From a virus (taxonomy: Duplodnaviria; Heunggongvirae; Uroviricota; Caudoviricetes), in IMG/VR virus record IMGVR_UViG_2562617057_000007: a stretch of DNA of 60,252 bases. The stretch is one strand, 5' to 3'. Below are positions 32,882-45,595 of the stretch, one piece after another. A model generated the notes under the pieces. It had not been told where the DNA came from, did not search any database, and saw nothing but the letters and a program-made list of their open reading frames with translations. Position 1 is the first letter of the stretch; each line of letters starts with the position of its first letter. A program made the position numbers and the translations under genes.

Positions 32882-33389
32882 GATTGTCATCGCGGCATTT
32901 TTCTTCTCTGTCTTTGGGGCGCTCGTCTGGTCTGCAAACCATTACCACAGCAAGTATCAGGCAGAAAAGTTGCGGGCTGATAAAGCGGAAGGTGAAGCTG
33001 AATATCAAGGGAAAGTGATAGCTAATCAGGCATTAAACTTCAATCGTTTTAACCAGATAGCAGAAAACGCAAGCCGATTAAATTCTCTGGTCGACATCGG
33101 TCACGAGAAGACAGTCATCAAATACCGTGAGGTTTTGCTCCGTGAAAAGAACTGTGATTTCCCTGTTCCTGTTGATATTGCTGTCGGGTTGCTCAACTAC
33201 GCGAACCGTTTACGCGCCAGCGCATTGCACTCCGATTCCGGGGACATTGACTCAGCCGGTGATCGTGCCACTACCACCAGAACGTTGACATATTGCCAGG
33301 CTGTTCTGTGGATTAACCCACTGTTGGCAGCCATCGAGAAGGCGAATAACCAGTTGGCTGGTGTCCGACAAATAGAACAGTCCCGGTAA
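32865..33389 (+). CDS. i-spanin (Rz-like)
   Basis: 174 aa with N-terminal transmembrane segment and coiled-coil region, positioned after endolysin. Confidence 0.7.
   Translation: MKLTYKIVIAAFFFSVFGALVWSANHYHSKYQAEKLRADKAEGEAEYQGKVIANQALNFNRFNQIAENASRLNSLVDIGHEKTVIKYREVLLREKNCDFPVPVDIAVGLLNYANRLRASALHSDSGDIDSAGDRATTTRTLTYCQAVLWINPLLAAIEKANNQLAGVRQIEQSR
33127..33288 (+). CDS. o-spanin (Rz1-like lipoprotein) embedded in +1 frame of Rz
   Basis: frame encodes ...ISLFLLILLSGCSTTRTVYAPAHCTPIPGTLTQPVIVPLPPER with lipobox LSGC and Pro-rich tail; start GTG 33127 or 33142 uncertain. Confidence 0.55.
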   Translation: MRFCSVKRTVISLFLLILLSGCSTTRTVYAPAHCTPIPGTLTQPVIVPLPPER

Positions 33390-33450
33390 TAGCATTACAG
33401 AAGCTCTTCCTGGAGGGGCTTCGATAATGACCTGATAACTGGAAAATAAA

Positions 33451-34023
33451 ATGACTAAGAAGCTGAAAGCAAAACACGAGGTGTTTTGTCGCGAGTTTCT
33501 TGTCGATCTGAATGCTACACAAGCAGCTATTCGCGCAGGCTACGCCTCCAGGCGAGCACATGTTACGGGGGCTGAACTATACGGTAAACCTGAGATACGC
33601 GCCCGTATTAACGAGCTAAAGCAGGAGCGTATTGATCAACTGGGCATTGATGCGAATTATGTGCTGATGCGACTGGTTGAGATCGACAGGCTCGATGTGG
33701 CTGACATCCTGGAGGACGATTTAAGTATTAAGCCTCTGTCTGCGTGGCCGGAATCGTGGCGTCGGTACCTGAGTGGATTTAACCTCGCTGAAATGTTTGA
33801 GGGGCGAGGAGATGACAGAGAAATGGTCGGGATCCTTAAAAAGATTAAGTGGCCTGATAAGGTTAAAAACCTTGAGTTGCTTGGGCGCCATGTTTCTGTT
33901 CAGGCGTTTAAAGACAACGTCAAAAATGAAGTGACTGGCGCTGACGGAGGACCAGTCAGAACAGAAATTACCAAATTAACGCCTGAGCAGGCCGCAGAGG
34001 TGTATAGAAAAATGATGGGCTAA
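33451..34023 (+). CDS. terminase small subunit
   Basis: 190 aa; N-terminal HTH-like region ([23 protein letters not shown]), immediately upstream of large terminase. Confidence 0.8.
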   Translation: MTKKLKAKHEVFCREFLVDLNATQAAIRAGYASRRAHVTGAELYGKPEIRARINELKQERIDQLGIDANYVLMRLVEIDRLDVADILEDDLSIKPLSAWPESWRRYLSGFNLAEMFEGRGDDREMVGILKKIKWPDKVKNLELLGRHVSVQAFKDNVKNEVTGADGGPVRTEITKLTPEQAAEVYRKMMG

Positions 34024-34025
34024 GT

Positions 34026-35645
34026 ATGCCGTTACCATTCCCCTTCGATTTTAAACATCCTGATTACCAGATGGTTTTTGAATGGCGGATGGAACGCCTA
34101 CAGCGCATTCGCCAGAATCCTGAAATATTGCCTGCACTAAAACAGTTTTACCGTACCAATCCGGCTCAGTTCATCATCGACTGGGGCATGACAACGGACC
34201 CGCGTAATATTGATTATGGCCTGCCGGTGACCATTCCGTTTTTACTCTTCCCTAAGCAGGAGGAGTGGATCCACTGGATTATGGAACGCTGGAGCAATCG
34301 GGAGAATGGTATTACCGATAAATCCCGTGAAATGGGGCTCAGTTGGACCGCGATCGGACTGGCCTGCTCGCTTTGTCTCTTCAACAAAGAAATGGTTATC
34401 GGTTTCGGCTCCCGTAAAGAGGAATACGTCGACAGCACCGGTGACCCGAAAGCATTGTTCTGGAAGGCGCGCAAGTTCGTGGAAACACTACCTGTAGAGT
34501 TTCGCGGTTCGTGGAGCGAGAAGAAGCACGCGCCATATATGCGTGTTGAGTTTCCTGAAACTGGCGCGGTTATCAAAGGTGAGGCTGGCGATAATATCGG
34601 TCGTGGTGACCGTACGACCCTTTATCTTGTGGATGAGGCTGCTTTTCTCCAGCGACCATTACTTATTGATGCCGCGCTTTCCCAGACAACCCGATGTCGT
34701 ATCGATCTCTCATCGGTTAACGGCATGAACAACCCCTTCGCACAGAAGCGGCACAGTGGAAAAATCCCGGTGTTTACGTTTCACTGGCGTAGCGATCCGC
34801 GTAAAGACGATGAGTGGTATCACAAGGAGTGCGAGAAAATTGATAACCCAGTCATCGTTGCCCAGGAACTGGATCTTAATTACCAGGCATCAGCAGAAGG
34901 CATCCTGATCCCCTCAGAATGGGTACAGGCTGCGGTTGATGCACATATCAGACTGGGCATTCAGCCCGGCGGCCAACGGCTTGGTGCAATGGATGTCGCC
35001 GACGAAGGGCGGGATAAAAACGCCTGTTCGCTCCGTTATGGCATCCTGCTGAATGACGTACAGGAGTGGTCAGGTAAGGGGAGTGACATCTATGACTCTG
35101 TGGTTAAGGTTTTTGGTCTGTGCGATGACTTTGGTGCCGATGAGTTTCGCTTTGATGAGGACGGATTGGGTGCTGGCGTTCGTGGTGATGCGCGCGCTAT
35201 CAACGAACTGCGTGAAGCGGAGGGCATCTGTCAAATCACCGCCACTCCATTCCGGGGCAGCGGGAGCGTGTTTCATCCTGAAAATGAAGCTGTTCCCGGT
35301 GATAATGGTAAACCGGCTCGTCTGAATAAGGACTTTTTTGTCAATGCCAAAGCCCAGGGGTGGTGGCATCTTCGCAAATTATTCCGCAATACATTTCGTG
35401 CACTACAGGGTATGGAGTATGACCCGGATGAGATTATTTCCATCAGCAGCACAATGGAAAATAAAGACCGGTTGTTGATGGAGCTGTCACAACCTACCTG
35501 GTCAAAAAATGCCACCGGAAAAATTCTTGTGGATAAGCAACCTGACGGAACGAAATCTCCAAACCTGGCTGATTCTGTGATGATTGCTTATGCCCCGATG
35601 GAAATGCCCATCGTAATTTCTGATGACTTTATGGAGTGGATCTGA
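34026..35645 (+). CDS. terminase large subunit
   Basis: 539 aa; ATPase N-terminal domain and nuclease C-terminal domain layout, followed by portal. Confidence 0.85.
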   Translation: MPLPFPFDFKHPDYQMVFEWRMERLQRIRQNPEILPALKQFYRTNPAQFIIDWGMTTDPRNIDYGLPVTIPFLLFPKQEEWIHWIMERWSNRENGITDKSREMGLSWTAIGLACSLCLFNKEMVIGFGSRKEEYVDSTGDPKALFWKARKFVETLPVEFRGSWSEKKHAPYMRVEFPETGAVIKGEAGDNIGRGDRTTLYLVDEAAFLQRPLLIDAALSQTTRCRIDLSSVNGMNNPFAQKRHSGKIPVFTFHWRSDPRKDDEWYHKECEKIDNPVIVAQELDLNYQASAEGILIPSEWVQAAVDAHIRLGIQPGGQRLGAMDVADEGRDKNACSLRYGILLNDVQEWSGKGSDIYDSVVKVFGLCDDFGADEFRFDEDGLGAGVRGDARAINELREAEGICQITATPFRGSGSVFHPENEAVPGDNGKPARLNKDFFVNAKAQGWWHLRKLFRNTFRALQGMEYDPDEIISISSTMENKDRLLMELSQPTWSKNATGKILVDKQPDGTKSPNLADSVMIAYAPMEMPIVISDDFMEWI

Positions 35646-37186
35646 TGTGGCCGTTTAAACGAAAAGAACCGTCAGCGCCGGCGGTACCGGACAAACAACC
35701 TGAACCACAGCCACCGGAAATTAACGATGAGGTGATCGCTTCCGTCCGGCAGAAACCACGGAGGGAGTTTGTTCGCTATGAGCCACCACCGGGCGTTATC
35801 CCGGCACCGGTTCGCGACGCTGTGCTGGCAATGGATGCAACACCGTATGACACCCTGAACAGTCATTATCCTGATTTTGTTTATGGTGGTTTCCCGGGCT
35901 ATCCGTATCTGGCACTTCAGGCGCAGTTACCGGAGTACCGGCGTATGGTCAGTGTGCTTGCCGAGGAGATGACCCGTAAGTGGATAAAGGTTAAGGCGGT
36001 CGGAGAAGGGGACGACAGCCACGCGTCACGCATAGCGCAGCTTACTGACGCACTGGAGCACTATAACGTACAGGACGTTTTCAGACTGGCGATTGAGCAC
36101 GACGGCTTTTTCGGGCGAGGGCAGATTTATATTGATGTGCGTTCGCCATCGGGTATATCTGCCTGGACTGACCCGGCGGAGCTGGGATCCAGACTGTTTA
36201 TTTCCGACAAAAAAATCCCGAAAGGTTCCCTGCTGGGGCTTCGTGTTATTGAACCCGTCTGGACGTATCCGGGTATATATAACGCGGATAATCCGCTGAG
36301 TGATGATTTTTACCGTCCGTCCGAATGGTACGTAATGGGAAAAACGGTTCACGCCAGCCGCATGATTGATCTGATCTCCCGTCCGGTTCCGGACATGCTG
36401 AAGCCGGCCTACAACTTTGGCGGCCTGTCACTGGTTCAGATTGCTGAGCCTTATGTTGATAACTGGCTGCGAACACGCGACAGCGTGGGCGATATGCTGC
36501 ATTCGTTTTCGCTGAGCGGGATTAAGACGGATATGACACAGGTATTAAGTGGTAAAAGGGACCCGAATTACGCAAAACGCGCGGAGTTGTTTAACCGTAC
36601 CCGTGATAACCGCGGGCTGCTGATGCTGGACAAGACGAACGAAGAGTTTTTCCAGTTCAACACTCCCCTGAGCGGCCTCGACACCCTTCAGGCGCAGGCA
36701 CAGGAACACATGTTCTTTGTCAGTGCCATACCGTCCGTAAAATTCGCCGGGCTGAGCCCAACGGGACTGAATGCGTCGAGTGAGGGTGAAATCCGGGTGT
36801 TTTACGACACCATTGCTGCACTTGCCACCCGTCTTCTGAAGAAACCGCTGAAAAAGGTGCTGGATATTATCCAGTTGTCTGAGTTCGGCGATATCGATCC
36901 TGATATCACGTTTGAATTTGAACCCCTGCATGAACTGACGCGTGAGCAACTGGCGAATATCCGTAAAACTGAGGCGGAAACGGATCAGATTTATGAGAGC
37001 ACCGGAGCAGTGACCAATAACGAAGTACGCGAACGGCTGGCGACTGCGCAGGACAGCCCGTACAGCGGTATTGACCTGAGCGGGGACATCGAAATTGACG
37101 ACACTGAAATTGACAACACCGAAGAAAATCCGCCGCAAGGCCCGAATGCAGACCCTGAGGCGGATTTCACCCAACGCGGGGATTGA
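35636..37186 (+). CDS. portal protein
   Basis: 516 aa, position between large terminase and head morphogenesis gene; acidic C-terminus. Confidence 0.75.
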   Translation: MDLMWPFKRKEPSAPAVPDKQPEPQPPEINDEVIASVRQKPRREFVRYEPPPGVIPAPVRDAVLAMDATPYDTLNSHYPDFVYGGFPGYPYLALQAQLPEYRRMVSVLAEEMTRKWIKVKAVGEGDDSHASRIAQLTDALEHYNVQDVFRLAIEHDGFFGRGQIYIDVRSPSGISAWTDPAELGSRLFISDKKIPKGSLLGLRVIEPVWTYPGIYNADNPLSDDFYRPSEWYVMGKTVHASRMIDLISRPVPDMLKPAYNFGGLSLVQIAEPYVDNWLRTRDSVGDMLHSFSLSGIKTDMTQVLSGKRDPNYAKRAELFNRTRDNRGLLMLDKTNEEFFQFNTPLSGLDTLQAQAQEHMFFVSAIPSVKFAGLSPTGLNASSEGEIRVFYDTIAALATRLLKKPLKKVLDIIQLSEFGDIDPDITFEFEPLHELTREQLANIRKTEAETDQIYESTGAVTNNEVRERLATAQDSPYSGIDLSGDIEIDDTEIDNTEENPPQGPNADPEADFTQRGD

Positions 37187-37916
37187 GGCCTGGTACCGCA
37201 GACAACTGGATAATGCCGTCAGTGGGATGCACAACAGTGTACTTTACTGGCTGCGGGCTGAGTACCGTAAAACAGACCTCGCGCAGGATGCGTCCCCCGT
37301 TAACCTGATGCGTGGTGCCATGCAGCAACTTGCCCGGCGCTGGCAGAAAAATTTTGACGAAATGGCCCTGCGGCTGGCGAGGCGGTTTGCCGGTGATGTC
37401 CTGAAAAACAGCGATGCGTCACTGTACACTGCGCTCCGTGATGCCGGGTTTACGGTTCCTTTCCGTATGACAACGGAGATGAATACCGCACTTCAGGCCA
37501 GCATCACGGAGAATGTGAACCTCATTCGCTCCATCCCGCAGCAACATCTCACCCAGGTGGAAACACTGGTCATGCAGTCTGTTGGCCGGGGACGTGACCT
37601 GAAAACGCTGACCGATGAACTGGAAAAACGTTACGGCATCACACGACGGCGCGCGGCGCTGATTGCCCGCGACCAGAACAATAAGGCAACGTCGGTAATG
37701 CAGGCCGCCAGACAGCGTTCGGTGGGTATCACTGAAGGTGTCTGGAGGCATTCCCGCGCGGGTAAAACATGGCGTCCGTCGCATGTGAAGGCGAACGGTA
37801 AACGGTTTGACCTGCGAAAGGGGATGTTTCTGGATGGTAAGTGGGTACTGCCGGGCGAAGAAATCAACTGCCGGTGTGGCTGGGAGGCCGTTATTCCCGG
37901 ACTGGAGAAAAAATGA
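37095..37916 (+). CDS. head morphogenesis protein (Mu F / SPP1 gp7 family)
   Basis: C-terminal conserved region with CRC motif ([12 protein letters not shown]); start may be the internal Met at 37146. Confidence 0.7.
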   Translation: MTTLKLTTPKKIRRKARMQTLRRISPNAGIEAWYRRQLDNAVSGMHNSVLYWLRAEYRKTDLAQDASPVNLMRGAMQQLARRWQKNFDEMALRLARRFAGDVLKNSDASLYTALRDAGFTVPFRMTTEMNTALQASITENVNLIRSIPQQHLTQVETLVMQSVGRGRDLKTLTDELEKRYGITRRRAALIARDQNNKATSVMQAARQRSVGITEGVWRHSRAGKTWRPSHVKANGKRFDLRKGMFLDGKWVLPGEEINCRCGWEAVIPGLEKK

Positions 37917-39262
37917 TTATTACCGAAATGCTGGCGTTTGACCGGGCATCGGTAAGGCAGTTCGATAAAGTCGGTCGCCTCCAGATTGAGCGCAGTAATC
38001 TCAGCAAGGCGAACGTCTGCGGTTATTTCGGGTATGAAATACCGGGGGCGGAAGCGCTGGGACTCGACCCCAAAAAACTTTATCAGCTTTACCGTGACCC
38101 CGATGAACTGCGCAAGGCAGTTTCAACCTTCAACAATATTCCCGTCCTGTGCCGACACAAACCCGATTATCCGGGCGCGCCCGCGCGCGAGTACCGGGTG
38201 GGGACGACTCATGCCAACAGCGAGTTTGACGGTACCTATCTGGTTAACGGCATGTCCATCTGGGACAACTCCGCCATCGCGGGGATAGAAACGGATGAAC
38301 AACGGGAAATCTCATCGTCATATGCCTATGTGGCAGATATGACGCCGGGAACCACCCCCGACGGTGAGCCGTATGACGGCGTTATGCGGAATATCGTGGG
38401 AAATCATGTGGCCCTGGTCGGCGATGGCCGGGTAGGGTCGGACTGTCTTGTTATGGACTCTCTCCCTCAGGAGCTAAAACGCATGAAACTGAGTAAAAAA
38501 GAAGTGGCGGTGCTTACCGCGCTGGGAACCTATCTTGCGCCGCGTCTGGCGCAGGATGCGGCTCCCGGGGATTTGTTACGCCTGATGGCGCAGTATAAGC
38601 GTCCGGCAGCTATCGCCAGCGCGGTAAAAACTGCTTACAGCGAACGGCTGGCACAGGATATGGATATTGAACCGGCGGAGCTGGCGCAACTGATGGAATC
38701 AGCAGAAGCCGTACCGGAGCTGGTCGGGGATGATGATACCGGGTTAACTGACGAGTCGAAGGCATTTGATACCGACAGCCCGATGGAAAGTGTACTGGCG
38801 TTGCTGTCCGGCAAAGTTCCTGATGATGTGCTGGAAAAAATTAAATCCGCACTGTCTCCGACAACCGACGAAGCCCCCGAAACAAAAGAGGCTGATGTGA
38901 AACCCGACGATGTGAAAGTCGATAAACCTGCGATGGATGCAGCAATCAGGCTGGCAACTGACCAGGCAACGAAACGGGCTGCTGAAAATTTCCGCGCCGT
39001 CCGTGTGGCTGAAGCTGAAGTGCGACCGCTGATTGGCGATGTGGTGGCGATGGACTGCGCCGAAGATGTTTACCGTACCGCGCTGGAACAGACGGGGATC
39101 GATATTCAGGGTATTCACCCCAGTGCGTACCGCAGCATGGTGAAGTTTGCCGTTGAGCAGAAGCAGACGGCCAAATCCTCTCCCCGTGTGGCGATGGATC
39201 AGGCCAGCGCATCGACGTTTGCGGCAGATTTCCCCGGTGCAAAACTGAAACGAGGTTACTGA
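37913..39262 (+). CDS. putative prohead protease/scaffold (DUF2213-like)
   Basis: 449 aa, acidic middle region, location between head morphogenesis and capsid genes; GGAG RBS before ATG 37913. Confidence 0.55.
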   Translation: MIITEMLAFDRASVRQFDKVGRLQIERSNLSKANVCGYFGYEIPGAEALGLDPKKLYQLYRDPDELRKAVSTFNNIPVLCRHKPDYPGAPAREYRVGTTHANSEFDGTYLVNGMSIWDNSAIAGIETDEQREISSSYAYVADMTPGTTPDGEPYDGVMRNIVGNHVALVGDGRVGSDCLVMDSLPQELKRMKLSKKEVAVLTALGTYLAPRLAQDAAPGDLLRLMAQYKRPAAIASAVKTAYSERLAQDMDIEPAELAQLMESAEAVPELVGDDDTGLTDESKAFDTDSPMESVLALLSGKVPDDVLEKIKSALSPTTDEAPETKEADVKPDDVKVDKPAMDAAIRLATDQATKRAAENFRAVRVAEAEVRPLIGDVVAMDCAEDVYRTALEQTGIDIQGIHPSAYRSMVKFAVEQKQTAKSSPRVAMDQASASTFAADFPGAKLKRGY

Positions 39263-39263
39263 T

Positions 39264-39746
39264 ATGAATACTTTTCAGACACACATGAACCAGTACCCGG
39301 CACCGGGTATTCCGGGGGCGTTTGCCAGTGCTAACCCTCATGCCTCGTATGTGGCGGGAGATGGCGGGCTGATTACCGGCCCTGACGGGCTGGTAATTGC
39401 CCGGTTTGCCTGGGTAACCAAAGGTGTTGCCGCTAATAAGGGGGCCGGCGCACCGGCGGGTTTTGTTCCTCGTGACGGGCAGGCTTCCATTGTGGAATGG
39501 CTGGCCGGGGACTCGAACACCATTTATCCGGGGCGTGAATGCACCCTGATGGTGTCGGGGGATTTCTGGGCGCTGACCACCACTACTGCGACGATCGGGC
39601 AGAAAGTATTTGCCTCACTGGCCACCGGGGAGATAGCCACGGGGGCGGCTGGCACCTCGATGGCGGGGTTTGTCGAAACCTGGTTTTCCGTTGCCAGCGC
39701 TGCGGCGGCAAAAGAAGTCATTAAGATCAGTACCTGGAGCAAATAA
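39264..39746 (+). CDS. head structural protein (possible decoration protein)
   Basis: 160 aa Gly/Ala-rich protein immediately upstream of major capsid gene. Confidence 0.5.
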   Translation: MNTFQTHMNQYPAPGIPGAFASANPHASYVAGDGGLITGPDGLVIARFAWVTKGVAANKGAGAPAGFVPRDGQASIVEWLAGDSNTIYPGRECTLMVSGDFWALTTTTATIGQKVFASLATGEIATGAAGTSMAGFVETWFSVASAAAAKEVIKISTWSK

Positions 39747-40774
39747 TGAATAAATTTAAACAGCATTATGCGACGGCAAGTCGCGACTACGGGATTATTC
39801 TTCCCGGAGCACAGGCTTATTTGCCGAAGGAGTACGCTGCCGATTACGGACTGGCGATGGACGCGCAGCCTGCGCTGGTCACAGCGGCTAACAGCGGTAT
39901 CCCTGCGTATTTCACCAATTACGTTGAGCCAGAACTGATCCACGTGCTGGTGACGCCGATGAAAGCCGCTCAGATTCTGGGCGAAACCAAAAAAGGTGAC
40001 TGGACGACACTGTCGGCACAATTCCCGATTGCAGAATCTGACGGGGAGGTGAGTTCCTACGGGGATTACAGCAACAACGGGGTGGTAAGCGCAAACGTCA
40101 ACTGGGTACCGCGCCAGAGCTATCACTTCCAGACCTTCACCGTATGGGGCGAACGTGAGCTGGAGATGTACGGCGCAGCCCGTATTGGCTGGGCGGCAGA
40201 GCTGAACGTGGCGTCAGCACTGACGCTGAATAAGTTCCAGAATAAGTCCTATTTCTACGGTATTGCCGGACTGACGAACTACGGTTTGCTGAATGATCCG
40301 TCGTTATCTGCACCAATCACCCCGGATACCGTTGACGGTAAACTGAAGTGGGACGACAAGGACGGACAGGGCGTGTATGACGATATCGTGAAACTCTTTA
40401 AGCAACTGGTGAAACAGACTAACGGTCATATTGAGCGTACCGACAAAATGAAACTGTGCATGTCGCCGCTGGCAGAGGTGAACCTCACCAAAACAAACCA
40501 GTACAGGGTTAACGTGTCCGATCTGCTGGCGAAAAATTTCCCGGCGATGACCATTGAAACGGCGGTGGAATACACCTCTGACGCTGGCGAGCTGGTACAG
40601 CTTATCGCGGAGCGTCTGGGTGAACAGGATACAGGCTATTGCGCTTTCACTGAAAAAATGCGCGCCCATGCGGTAGTGGCAGATACGTCTTCCTGGAAAC
40701 AGAAAAAATCCGCTGGTACCTGGGGGGCGATTATTCGCCAGCCGCTGGCGTATGCACAAATGCTGGGGGTGTGA
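39746..40774 (+). CDS. major capsid protein
   Basis: 342 aa, position and size typical; follows scaffold/decoration genes. Confidence 0.7.
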   Translation: MNKFKQHYATASRDYGIILPGAQAYLPKEYAADYGLAMDAQPALVTAANSGIPAYFTNYVEPELIHVLVTPMKAAQILGETKKGDWTTLSAQFPIAESDGEVSSYGDYSNNGVVSANVNWVPRQSYHFQTFTVWGERELEMYGAARIGWAAELNVASALTLNKFQNKSYFYGIAGLTNYGLLNDPSLSAPITPDTVDGKLKWDDKDGQGVYDDIVKLFKQLVKQTNGHIERTDKMKLCMSPLAEVNLTKTNQYRVNVSDLLAKNFPAMTIETAVEYTSDAGELVQLIAERLGEQDTGYCAFTEKMRAHAVVADTSSWKQKKSAGTWGAIIRQPLAYAQMLGV

Positions 40775-40777
40775 GTT

Positions 40778-41125
40778 ATGGCTGAAATGGTAACAGTGGG
40801 CTGCAAACTGCCGAACGGTCTGGTGCTGGAAGTGGGTCAGAAACGGGTTCAGGTGGCAGGCTGGCGGAATAACGCGGTTAAAATTGTGGGGGGCTATGGT
40901 CTGACGCAGGTCGATAAGGTGTTTTTTGACGCCTGGCTGGCGGAGCACGGACAGCAACCTTATGTGAAAAATGGCGTTATTTTTGCGCAGGATAAGGCGA
41001 ACAGTGCAGTCTCGCAGGCTACGGAGCAGAAAGCCGTTAAATCCGGCCTTGAACCGCTGCCGCAGAAAAATCCGGCTCCGGGCGTTAACCGCAATGATGA
41101 AGTGATGGGTAAACCTCAGGAGTAA
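40778..41125 (+). CDS. hypothetical head-associated protein
   Basis: 115 aa ORF in structural operon. Confidence 0.5.
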   Translation: MAEMVTVGCKLPNGLVLEVGQKRVQVAGWRNNAVKIVGGYGLTQVDKVFFDAWLAEHGQQPYVKNGVIFAQDKANSAVSQATEQKAVKSGLEPLPQKNPAPGVNRNDEVMGKPQE

Positions 41126-41130
41126 ACGCT

Positions 41131-41589
41131 ATGGGTACGGTGACGTTTGACTGTCGGATGTTTGTCAGTCTGTACCCGGAGTTTTCCACGGTGACACCGG
41201 AGCTACTGACGGCGGTGTTTAACCAGGCGACCGCGTTGTACCTGGATAACACGGACGACAGTCCGGTTACCGACCTGAAGGAGCGGGAACAGCTTCTGTT
41301 CCTGCTGGTTGCGCATCTGTGCGCATTGCGGGGGCTGGGAAACGGGAGAGACGGGCAGGCTGGTCTGGTGGGGCGTATCACCAGTGCGTCGGAAGGTTCT
41401 GTATCGGTATCGGTGGATAATAGCGGCAGTAATGATGCGTCGTGGTGGTATCTCCAGACCCCCTGGGGTGCTGACTACTGGCAGGCGACAGCGCCATACC
41501 GCTCAATGCAGTATCATTCCGGGGGGTCACCTTCGCGATATCCGGGGCATTATTACCGGGGATACGGGAGGGGCGTCGATGGTAAATAA
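41131..41589 (+). CDS. putative head-tail connector protein
   Basis: 152 aa ORF in structural operon. Confidence 0.5.
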   Translation: MGTVTFDCRMFVSLYPEFSTVTPELLTAVFNQATALYLDNTDDSPVTDLKEREQLLFLLVAHLCALRGLGNGRDGQAGLVGRITSASEGSVSVSVDNSGSNDASWWYLQTPWGADYWQATAPYRSMQYHSGGSPSRYPGHYYRGYGRGVDGK

Positions 41590-42163
41590 AGTCACAGGTG
41601 GCAAACAGTTCCGGCAGAAGCTGAAACAGGTTGCCGCGAACCTTTCATTGGGTAAAAAACTCAAAGTGGGTTTTCTTGAGGGAGCAACTTACCCTGACGG
41701 TACGTCAGTGGCTTATATTGCCGCAGTTCAGGAGTTTGGTGGAAGAGCGGTCATACCCGCCCGTGAGCAGACGCTCCACTTTCGCTATAACGAAAAAACG
41801 GGAGAAACCGGGCACCGCTTTGTCAAAGCCGGTAAAGGGAATTTTGTTCAGGATGTGGTTATTCCTGAGCACACGGTCACCATTCCCCCCCGTCCGTTCT
41901 TCCGTAAGATGATCGAACATAAAAGTCCCGAATGGGGCGAAAAAATGGCGACCTTATTACGGGCGAATGATTTTGATACTGCGACCGCTCTGGTGTGTAT
42001 GGGAGAACATATCAAAGGGCAGTTGCAGATGTCTGTTCGCGACTGGGAAAGTCCGCCCAACGCTGCATCCACTGCCCGGCAAAAGGGTTTTAACAACCCG
42101 CTTATTGAAACCGGACATATGATGGACAGCGTTGATTATTCTGTAGACGGGGGCAAAAAATGA
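41579..42163 (+). CDS. hypothetical virion morphogenesis protein
   Basis: start at MVNKVTGG; the longer track ORF from 41309 overlaps the upstream gene in another frame. Confidence 0.5.
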   Translation: MVNKVTGGKQFRQKLKQVAANLSLGKKLKVGFLEGATYPDGTSVAYIAAVQEFGGRAVIPAREQTLHFRYNEKTGETGHRFVKAGKGNFVQDVVIPEHTVTIPPRPFFRKMIEHKSPEWGEKMATLLRANDFDTATALVCMGEHIKGQLQMSVRDWESPPNAASTARQKGFNNPLIETGHMMDSVDYSVDGGKK

Positions 42164-42525
42164 ACTTTCACGGTATTGTTTCCGGCGCAGTACGTCGGGT
42201 AAATCCCTTTACAGACGCGCTGGTTTATCGTTCCCGCGGGAGTACACAGCAGGCAGATTATTCCCGCGTACCTGAGTATGAAGATCCGGTTTCCGTCAGG
42301 GTGCAAAAGCAGGCTGTCACCCAGGCTGATTTACGTCATCTTGATAATCTTAACCAGCAGGGAGTTTTCGCCACATTGTATACCGATGGTAACTGGTGCG
42401 GGCTTAACCGTGCCCGGCAACAGGGAGGCGATAAATTTGTTATTGGCGATGAAACGTGGCTGGTGATTGAGGTACCGGAAATCTGGCCTGACTGGACGAG
42501 GGTTATTGTATGCCTTCAGGTGTGA
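42160..42525 (+). CDS. hypothetical tail-associated protein
   Basis: 121 aa, coupled to neighbours. Confidence 0.5.
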   Translation: MNFHGIVSGAVRRVNPFTDALVYRSRGSTQQADYSRVPEYEDPVSVRVQKQAVTQADLRHLDNLNQQGVFATLYTDGNWCGLNRARQQGGDKFVIGDETWLVIEVPEIWPDWTRVIVCLQV

Positions 42526-43055
42526 CCCTCTCCGTTACGGAAAGCGCTCTTTATCAGGCCCTCGGTGATTATCTCCGGGGGCTTTTTTCTGATGCCGGGA
42601 TTGAACGAACGCAGCAGAACCAGGTCCCGATGCCTCAGGGGAATTTCATCACCATGACGGGCATTGATGTTACCGGATTATCCACTGCGGTAGTGGCATA
42701 TTCTGCGCCAGCGCAGGCTGGTGAGGGCTCTCAGCATATCACCCGTACCACAAAATGGCGTTGCCAGCTTGATTTCTACGGCCCTCACGTGGCAGATAAC
42801 GCGCAGGTGCTGGCAACGCTTTTCCGGTCTGAATTTTCCGTACGGCTTTTCCGGCAGGGCGGTGGGCTGATTTCCCCGCTGTATTGCTCAGAGCCCTTTA
42901 ACACCACATTCCCCAACGGTCAGCAACAGTATGAACCGCGCTGGACGCTTGATATTCAGATGCAGATTAACCCTGTGGTCACAACTTCCCTGATGTTTTT
43001 TGACAACGTGATCACCCGGACAACGGAGGCTGATAATGCCAATTCCACTCAGTAA
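42510..43055 (+). CDS. hypothetical tail-associated protein
   Basis: 181 aa immediately upstream of sheath gene. Confidence 0.5.
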   Translation: MPSGVTLSVTESALYQALGDYLRGLFSDAGIERTQQNQVPMPQGNFITMTGIDVTGLSTAVVAYSAPAQAGEGSQHITRTTKWRCQLDFYGPHVADNAQVLATLFRSEFSVRLFRQGGGLISPLYCSEPFNTTFPNGQQQYEPRWTLDIQMQINPVVTTSLMFFDNVITRTTEADNANSTQ

Positions 43056-44520
43056 AGATGTACAGATAAATCCCGGTGTGCTGGCTGTGGCGGGTAATGC
43101 CGTCGATCTTAACGGCCTGCTGTTGACCAGTAATCCGTTACTTCCGGTCGGCACTGTGGTTCCGTTTTCCTCTCCGGATGATGTGGCCGCGTATTTTGGT
43201 GCATTATCCGATGAGTACGCACGCGCTCAGCTTTATTTCCAGGGCTTCAAAAATGCCACCAGGACGCCGGGGCAATTGTTGTTTTCCCGTTTCAGTCCTG
43301 CCCCATCGGCGGCCTGGTTACGTAGCGGTTCGTTTAAGGGCGCGACTGTTGAACAGCTACAAAAACTTTCCGGCACGCTGATGCTGAGTATTAACGGGAA
43401 AAGCGTCAGCATTGAAGTGAATTTTAACGGTGTCGCCAGCTTCGCCGCTGCTGCAACGGCACTACAGACAGCGCTGACCGCAGCAGTGGCTACAGTGGTA
43501 TTCGATACCACACAGAATGCTTTTGTCATTACTGTCGCCGGGGCGAAACCCGGGAGTACCACGATAACGTTCGGCAGTGGATCGGCAGCAGAACTCCTGA
43601 AGATGACCAGTAACACCGGTGCGGTGATATCCCGGGGCGCGCCTGTATCTGATGTCCCTGACACAATGGCAGCCATTAAGGCCGCTTCCCAGCAATGGGC
43701 GGGTTTTTCCACGGTATCTGAGGTCACTGACGAGCAACACCTGGCGTTTTCTGCATGGGCAAACGGGCAGGGCAAGCGTTACTTTTATGTGGCATGGACA
43801 ACCAGCGGCAACGCCAGAGTAAAAGGCAGTACTGAACACATCGCTTACCAGATAATTGCTGTCAATAACTACAGCTCTGTTGTACCTGTTTTCGCGACTG
43901 ATGGTAACCGGGCTGCAGCGGTACTGGGGTATGCAGCGTGCCTTGATTTTGTCCGACCAGAGGGGCGTGTATCATTCAAGTTCCGCGAGTATGAGGGGCT
44001 GGCCGCTGATGTTACCAGTGGCAGCGATTATGATGCGCTGATCGCCGCAGGTTACAATTTCTACGGAAAATATGCGGAAAACAGTGTGGTGGAAGATTAC
44101 TGGGCGGATGGCACTATTACCGGTGATTTTAAATGGCTGGACAGTTTCTGCGGGCAAATCTGGCTGAATGCCAGTTTGCAGGGGGCGGTGATCGCGTTAT
44201 TCAAGTCAAACCAGACGATCCCCTACAACAATGAAGGGCGGGCGCTGGTTGCAGCGTCAATGAGTGACGTTATCCAGCAGTACAAACGCTGGGGAGGGAT
44301 CCGTGAAGGGGTGACACTGACGGAGGCGCAGAAGAAACAGATTAACAATGTTGTGGGGGCAGATGTTTCTTCAACGTTGTTTGCCACCGGCTATTACCTG
44401 TATATCGGCGATATGCTTCCCTCTTTGCGGGCAACCCGTAGCAGTCCGTCCTGTACGCTCTGGTACTGTGACGGCGGTAGTATCCAGAAACTTGTTATTG
44501 CATCCACGGAGGTCCAGTAA
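43036..44520 (+). CDS. contractile tail sheath protein
   Basis: 494 aa followed by 148 aa tube-size gene, frameshifted chaperone and tape measure: canonical myovirus order. Confidence 0.75.
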   Translation: MPIPLSKDVQINPGVLAVAGNAVDLNGLLLTSNPLLPVGTVVPFSSPDDVAAYFGALSDEYARAQLYFQGFKNATRTPGQLLFSRFSPAPSAAWLRSGSFKGATVEQLQKLSGTLMLSINGKSVSIEVNFNGVASFAAAATALQTALTAAVATVVFDTTQNAFVITVAGAKPGSTTITFGSGSAAELLKMTSNTGAVISRGAPVSDVPDTMAAIKAASQQWAGFSTVSEVTDEQHLAFSAWANGQGKRYFYVAWTTSGNARVKGSTEHIAYQIIAVNNYSSVVPVFATDGNRAAAVLGYAACLDFVRPEGRVSFKFREYEGLAADVTSGSDYDALIAAGYNFYGKYAENSVVEDYWADGTITGDFKWLDSFCGQIWLNASLQGAVIALFKSNQTIPYNNEGRALVAASMSDVIQQYKRWGGIREGVTLTEAQKKQINNVVGADVSSTLFATGYYLYIGDMLPSLRATRSSPSCTLWYCDGGSIQKLVIASTEVQ

Positions 44521-44967
44521 ATGTCGGGTAACAACAACACCATCACTGCGGCGGATGCCATTATCACGCTGACAGTGAATAATCTGTATCCCTCCGGCGT
44601 ACGACTTCAGGGATTTGCAACAGATAACGTTTATGGCACCGATCCACTGGTACTGGCGGAAACTGCCCGCGGTATTGACGGTAAACTGTCCGCGGGATTT
44701 GTGTACAGCAACATTATCCAGACGTTTCATATCATGCCGGATTCCCCCAGCCGGGATATTTTTGATACCTGGTCAACCACATCCCGGGCCAGTCGGGCTG
44801 TATTCCGTTGTAACGCTGTCGTCCTGCTTCCGGCGATTGGCCGTAAATATACCTGCGTGAATGGCGTACTCAAACAATGGAAAGCGCTGCCTGATGCAGC
44901 TCGTACGTTGCAGCCAGGGCAGGCGGTTATTGAGTGGGAAACCATTACTCCGGAGGTTTTTAACTGA
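44521..44967 (+). CDS. tail tube protein
   Basis: 148 aa directly after sheath. Confidence 0.7.
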   Translation: MSGNNNTITAADAIITLTVNNLYPSGVRLQGFATDNVYGTDPLVLAETARGIDGKLSAGFVYSNIIQTFHIMPDSPSRDIFDTWSTTSRASRAVFRCNAVVLLPAIGRKYTCVNGVLKQWKALPDAARTLQPGQAVIEWETITPEVFN

Positions 44968-45371
44968 TGGCCCGTAAAGAGAAATTTATCACTATTGAAG
45001 GTCAGGGACGGGATAAGGGCAAGGTATTTCATCTTACCGAAATGTCTGCCTCACAGGCGGAATGGTGGGCGATGCGTGCCATTATGGCAATGGGGCGTGG
45101 TGGCGTGGAGTTACCGGATGATGTTCGTAGTCTGGGGATGGCTGCGCTTGCCCTTGAAGGGCTGAAAGCATTATCGAAAATTCCGCCTGATGAGGCGCGT
45201 CCGTTGATGGATGAAATGATGGACTGTGTGCAGTTTGTTCCCGATCCGAAAAAACGCAGCATCCGGAGACCGCTTGTTGAAGAGGATATTGAAGAAATCA
45301 TTACCCGTCTTAATCTGCGTGCGGAGGTCTTTAAGCTGCATGTGGATTTTTTCGCTACCGTCGTCAGCTAG
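44967..45371 (+). CDS. tail assembly chaperone (short form)
   Basis: 134 aa between tube and tape measure; contains slippery heptamer T-TTT-TTC near 3' end. Confidence 0.65.
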   Translation: MARKEKFITIEGQGRDKGKVFHLTEMSASQAEWWAMRAIMAMGRGGVELPDDVRSLGMAALALEGLKALSKIPPDEARPLMDEMMDCVQFVPDPKKRSIRRPLVEEDIEEIITRLNLRAEVFKLHVDFFATVVS

Positions 45372-45595
45372 ATATCCCCCCGCGTTATCTCGACCCCGAC
45401 AGACCGTTCGGGGTGGTGGATTACGTTAATGTTCCCCGTACCATTGCGACCGTTATCTCCTCCGGTAAGGCTTCAAAAGCTGAACTGGATTCTGTCCTTG
45501 GTGTGCAGGACTTATGGGATCTGCTGGAAATAATTCATGTGGATGCCCATAACGAACAGGTGATACAGGAGAACAGAAATGGCGCAGGTACTTGA
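45347..45595 (+). other. programmed -1 frameshift site and extension of tail chaperone
   Basis: slippery T TTT TTC at 45347..45353 in correct register; -1 frame stays open to 45595. Confidence 0.55.

Noticed and set aside
41309-41578. N-terminal 90 codons of the 284 aa ORF 41309..42163
   Set aside because: Overlaps the upstream gene 41131..41589 in another frame; the internal Met at 41579 gives normal operon coupling.
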